From the IMG/VR virus record IMGVR_UViG_3300049009_000280, positions 1 through 34,243 of that record: a stretch of DNA of 34,243 nt. One strand, given 5' to 3'. This stretch comes from a virus (Duplodnaviria > Caudoviricetes). This document shows positions 32,039 to 34,243 of this stretch, piece by piece. The translations under genes were made by a program, and so were the position numbers. Every line of letters begins with the position of its first letter. Positions within the stretch are counted from its first letter, which is position 1. A model generated the notes under the pieces. It was given only the letters and a program-made list of their open reading frames with translations. It ran no database searches and was not told the origin of the DNA.

Positions 32039-32301
32039 CAGAGCATCCTCGCAAGCAGTGGCACCGCCCCACCGGCGCAGGTTGCCAGGGCATCAAACCA
32101 TTCTACGCCATGCGTTGGTGTTAGGCCCGCTCTGATGGCTCGCTGGTTGGAGAGCCAGTCGAGCACTTCCTTGCCCACTGCTGCGGCCACCACGAGGCCG
32201 TAGGCTGCGTCAGGCCGGCGCAGGATAGTTAGCGCCAGCAGGAAGATGAGGGCGCCGTAGATGGCGTGGTTGGCCTTGTCGGCGGGGAGTTGGGGCATCA
32301 T
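32038..32301 (-). CDS. Small membrane protein (VanZ/YfiM-like pattern)
   Basis: DK..H + TM + GKE..D + D..AT..GG. Confidence 0.65.
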   Translation of the reverse strand: MMPQLPADKANHAIYGALIFLLALTILRRPDAAYGLVVAAAVGKEVLDWLSNQRAIRAGLTPTHGVEWFDALATCAGGAVPLLARML

Positions 32302-34243
32302 GGCGTTGGCCCACCAAATGGCGGTGCTTCCTGGGGCTTGGTGTAGTTGATGAACTCGTTGATCTTGGTGTGCTTCTTGGCGGCCTGGCGCTTGCCGTAA
32401 ATCTGCTTGCCAATCATTACCAACGGCACAGGGATTCCGGTCGTTGCTGCCTGCACTCCCATTTCCGTCATAGCCGCTATCATGGTGGACGCCGTGCCGG
32501 AAGGGTTGGTTGTCCCCTGCGGGACCGTCAGCACATCCTTGGCCACATCGTTGATTGTGCGGTACTTGTCCGCCAGCTCTTTGCCGAAGATGTAGTCCAA
32601 CTTCCCACTGCGGTCCAGATCGGTGACGATAGAGTTGAGCTTGTGCGAGCTGACGTAGGGCAGGCCGTTAATGTCCTTGGTGACGCTCTTGGTGGCCTCG
32701 TCCCGAATCTTCTGCGCCACAAACCCGCGCAGTTCGTTGACCATCTGCTGACCCTGCGGGCCGGCCTTGTTCAGCGAGGCAAACAGCTGCTCCACGTCCG
32801 AGCGCGGACCCTTGAGCATGGATTTCTCGACCAAATCCTCAATGGCGACCGCCCGCTGGGTCTTGCCAGGCTTCATCGCCAAAATGTTCTTGATGACTGG
32901 CGTGTTTTCGAACTCGCGCATGTAATCGGCATTGAGCTTGCGAGCCTGCTGGTACAGCGGCCCGCCCTTGCCTTCGGTGGCCTTGTCAATCATCTTGATA
33001 ACCTGGCGCCCGTAGTACGCATTCGGCGCTGAGTCCTGCGCCAGTGTGCCGGTCATCTTGCGGATTTCCTCAAGGTCATTGACCGAGATGGTGGTCTTGC
33101 CCTCGGTCAATCCTTTTAGCTTGGCCTCTACGCTTTTGAGGACCGGCGCATTGATGGCCTCGGCCTGGTGGTCTTTGAGGTAGTTGCGGAAGACCGCAAC
33201 ATCTACCGGCTCAGCCATTTGCCCAGCTGCTCGAGCGGCGTCGTATGCCGGGGCAATTGCGCCTTTGATGCCGGCCTGATAAGGCGTCACCACATCGGTG
33301 AGCGCTTTGCCAAGCTCGCCAGCCCCAACGCCGGTGAGCTCGGCGCCAGTCTTGTTGATGTGAATGTCCAAGTTGTTAATGAGCTTGGCGTTGTCGCTGG
33401 CGTACTTCTCCTGCAACGCCTGGCCGAATACTGGGTCTTTTGCCGTCTCGCGGGCAAAGCGAACATCCGCTGGGTTGCGGGTTGCCTGGTCCTTGGACAA
33501 GGCAATCGGATCGTAGAGTTGCTGCGCCTGCGCAACCCGCCCGGTCTCGGCATCAACCGCAGCAGCGCCGACCGACTGGCGACCGCCAGGTTGCGCAGCC
33601 GGGACAGCCGCCATTGCGGGAGTGGCCGCAGGCACAACGGCGCCAGGCACTGCCGGGGTCGCAGCAACACCGCCAGCCCTTTGCGCTCGGATGGCGTCCG
33701 ATGTGGCTTCAATTTTGTTCTGAAACTGAGTGCGCAACGCCTCGGCGGTGGCCGAGAAATCTTGCGCAACAGCGCCGCCGGCCTTGGCTGCTTTGGTGGC
33801 CGCCTTGGCTCCAGCGCCGAGCGCCTTGGCGGCAGGCCCGATAGCGCCAACAGCGTTCAGCGGGTTGAGCAGGATTTCGGACGCGGTGGCTAGCGCAGGC
33901 GATCCCGTCTTCTCCAGCGTGTATTGCCCGATAGCCTCGGCGGGAATGTTGAGCTTGCCCATCACATCGGCGGTGGCCTTGAGGTATTTCTGGCCCTCTG
34001 GCGTGCTGGGCTGGAGCTTCTCGGTTAGGAACTGGTGCGTCTCTTCAACCGCTTTGGCAGCCTTGGCCGGGTCTTGCGTGGTCGCCAACTCGTACAGGCC
34101 GCGCAGGCCGGCGGGGATTTGCGCCAGCAAGCCGCCACCGATGGCGCCAGTGGCCTCCAGGCCGCCGGCAATGCTGCCAAGGGTGGATTCTGTCAGGGTG
34201 CCGATCTTGCTCTTTGTGGCGGCTGGTGCGGCGGCTACTGGAG
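32298..34243 (-). CDS. Large ejection/DNA transfer protein, 5'-truncated by window edge
   Basis: Frame open from 34241 to the stop at 32298 (about 647 aa visible); Ala-rich, helical, NPSGTA near the C-terminus; last large gene of the structural arm. Confidence 0.7.
   Translation of the reverse strand, partial: PVAAAPAATKSKIGTLTESTLGSIAGGLEATGAIGGGLLAQIPAGLRGLYELATTQDPAKAAKAVEETHQFLTEKLQPSTPEGQKYLKATADVMGKLNIPAEAIGQYTLEKTGSPALATASEILLNPLNAVGAIGPAAKALGAGAKAATKAAKAGGAVAQDFSATAEALRTQFQNKIEATSDAIRAQRAGGVAATPAVPGAVVPAATPAMAAVPAAQPGGRQSVGAAAVDAETGRVAQAQQLYDPIALSKDQATRNPADVRFARETAKDPVFGQALQEKYASDNAKLINNLDIHINKTGAELTGVGAGELGKALTDVVTPYQAGIKGAIAPAYDAARAAGQMAEPVDVAVFRNYLKDHQAEAINAPVLKSVEAKLKGLTEGKTTISVNDLEEIRKMTGTLAQDSAPNAYYGRQVIKMIDKATEGKGGPLYQQARKLNADYMREFENTPVIKNILAMKPGKTQRAVAIEDLVEKSMLKGPRSDVEQLFASLNKAGPQGQQMVNELRGFVAQKIRDEATKSVTKDINGLPYVSSHKLNSIVTDLDRSGKLDYIFGKELADKYRTINDVAKDVLTVPQGTTNPSGTASTMIAAMTEMGVQAATTGIPVPLVMIGKQIYGKRQAAKKHTKINEFINYTKPQEAPPFGGPTP

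Larger units (their letters stand above)
1..34243. mobile_element. Tailed bacteriophage (P22-like podovirus virion module), large genome fragment
   Basis: Contiguous terminase-portal-scaffold-coat-gp4-gp10-tailspike-ejection gene order, plus replication/recombination and lysis genes; no host housekeeping genes. Confidence 0.97.

Noticed and set aside
1-34243. Stop-codon reassignment, tRNA genes, introns or inteins
   Set aside because: Core genes are full length in the standard code with normal sizes; no cloverleaf or splicing motifs noticed by eye

Overview
The window is most of a tailed-phage genome with P22-like (podovirus) virion architecture, high GC and two divergent arms. Minus strand, 21974 to 1 plus 34243 to 31802: HTH regulator, PAPS-reductase-family protein, TOPRIM primase/RecA-type helicase, an iteron-like TGTACCG array, then a late operon (ferritin/Dps-like protein, GroES, small basic peptides, terminase, portal, scaffold, coat, LamG-SPRY protein, gp4-like adaptor, gp10-like hub, three tail appendages, cupin, ejection proteins). 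Plus strand, 22103 to 31807: Sak4-like ATPase, SSB, Cas4-like nuclease, C5 DNA methyltransferase, SF2 helicase, VRR-NUC nuclease, many small ORFs, endolysin and holin. Both ends are truncated minus-strand ejection-type genes, so the window looks like a linearised, nearly complete genome. I saw no integrase, DNA polymerase, tRNA or CRISPR array. Most notable: (1) the methyltransferase appears to be a two-chain enzyme encoded in two fully overlapping frames that both start at the upstream stop codon; (2) the two longest G/C homopolymers I found (both G9 on the coding strand) lie in the two candidate DNA-modification genes, suggesting phase-variable modification; (3) a 10-bp-phased heptamer array abuts both the primase stop codon and the probable late promoter. 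All family calls come from motif recognition by eye, not database searches.
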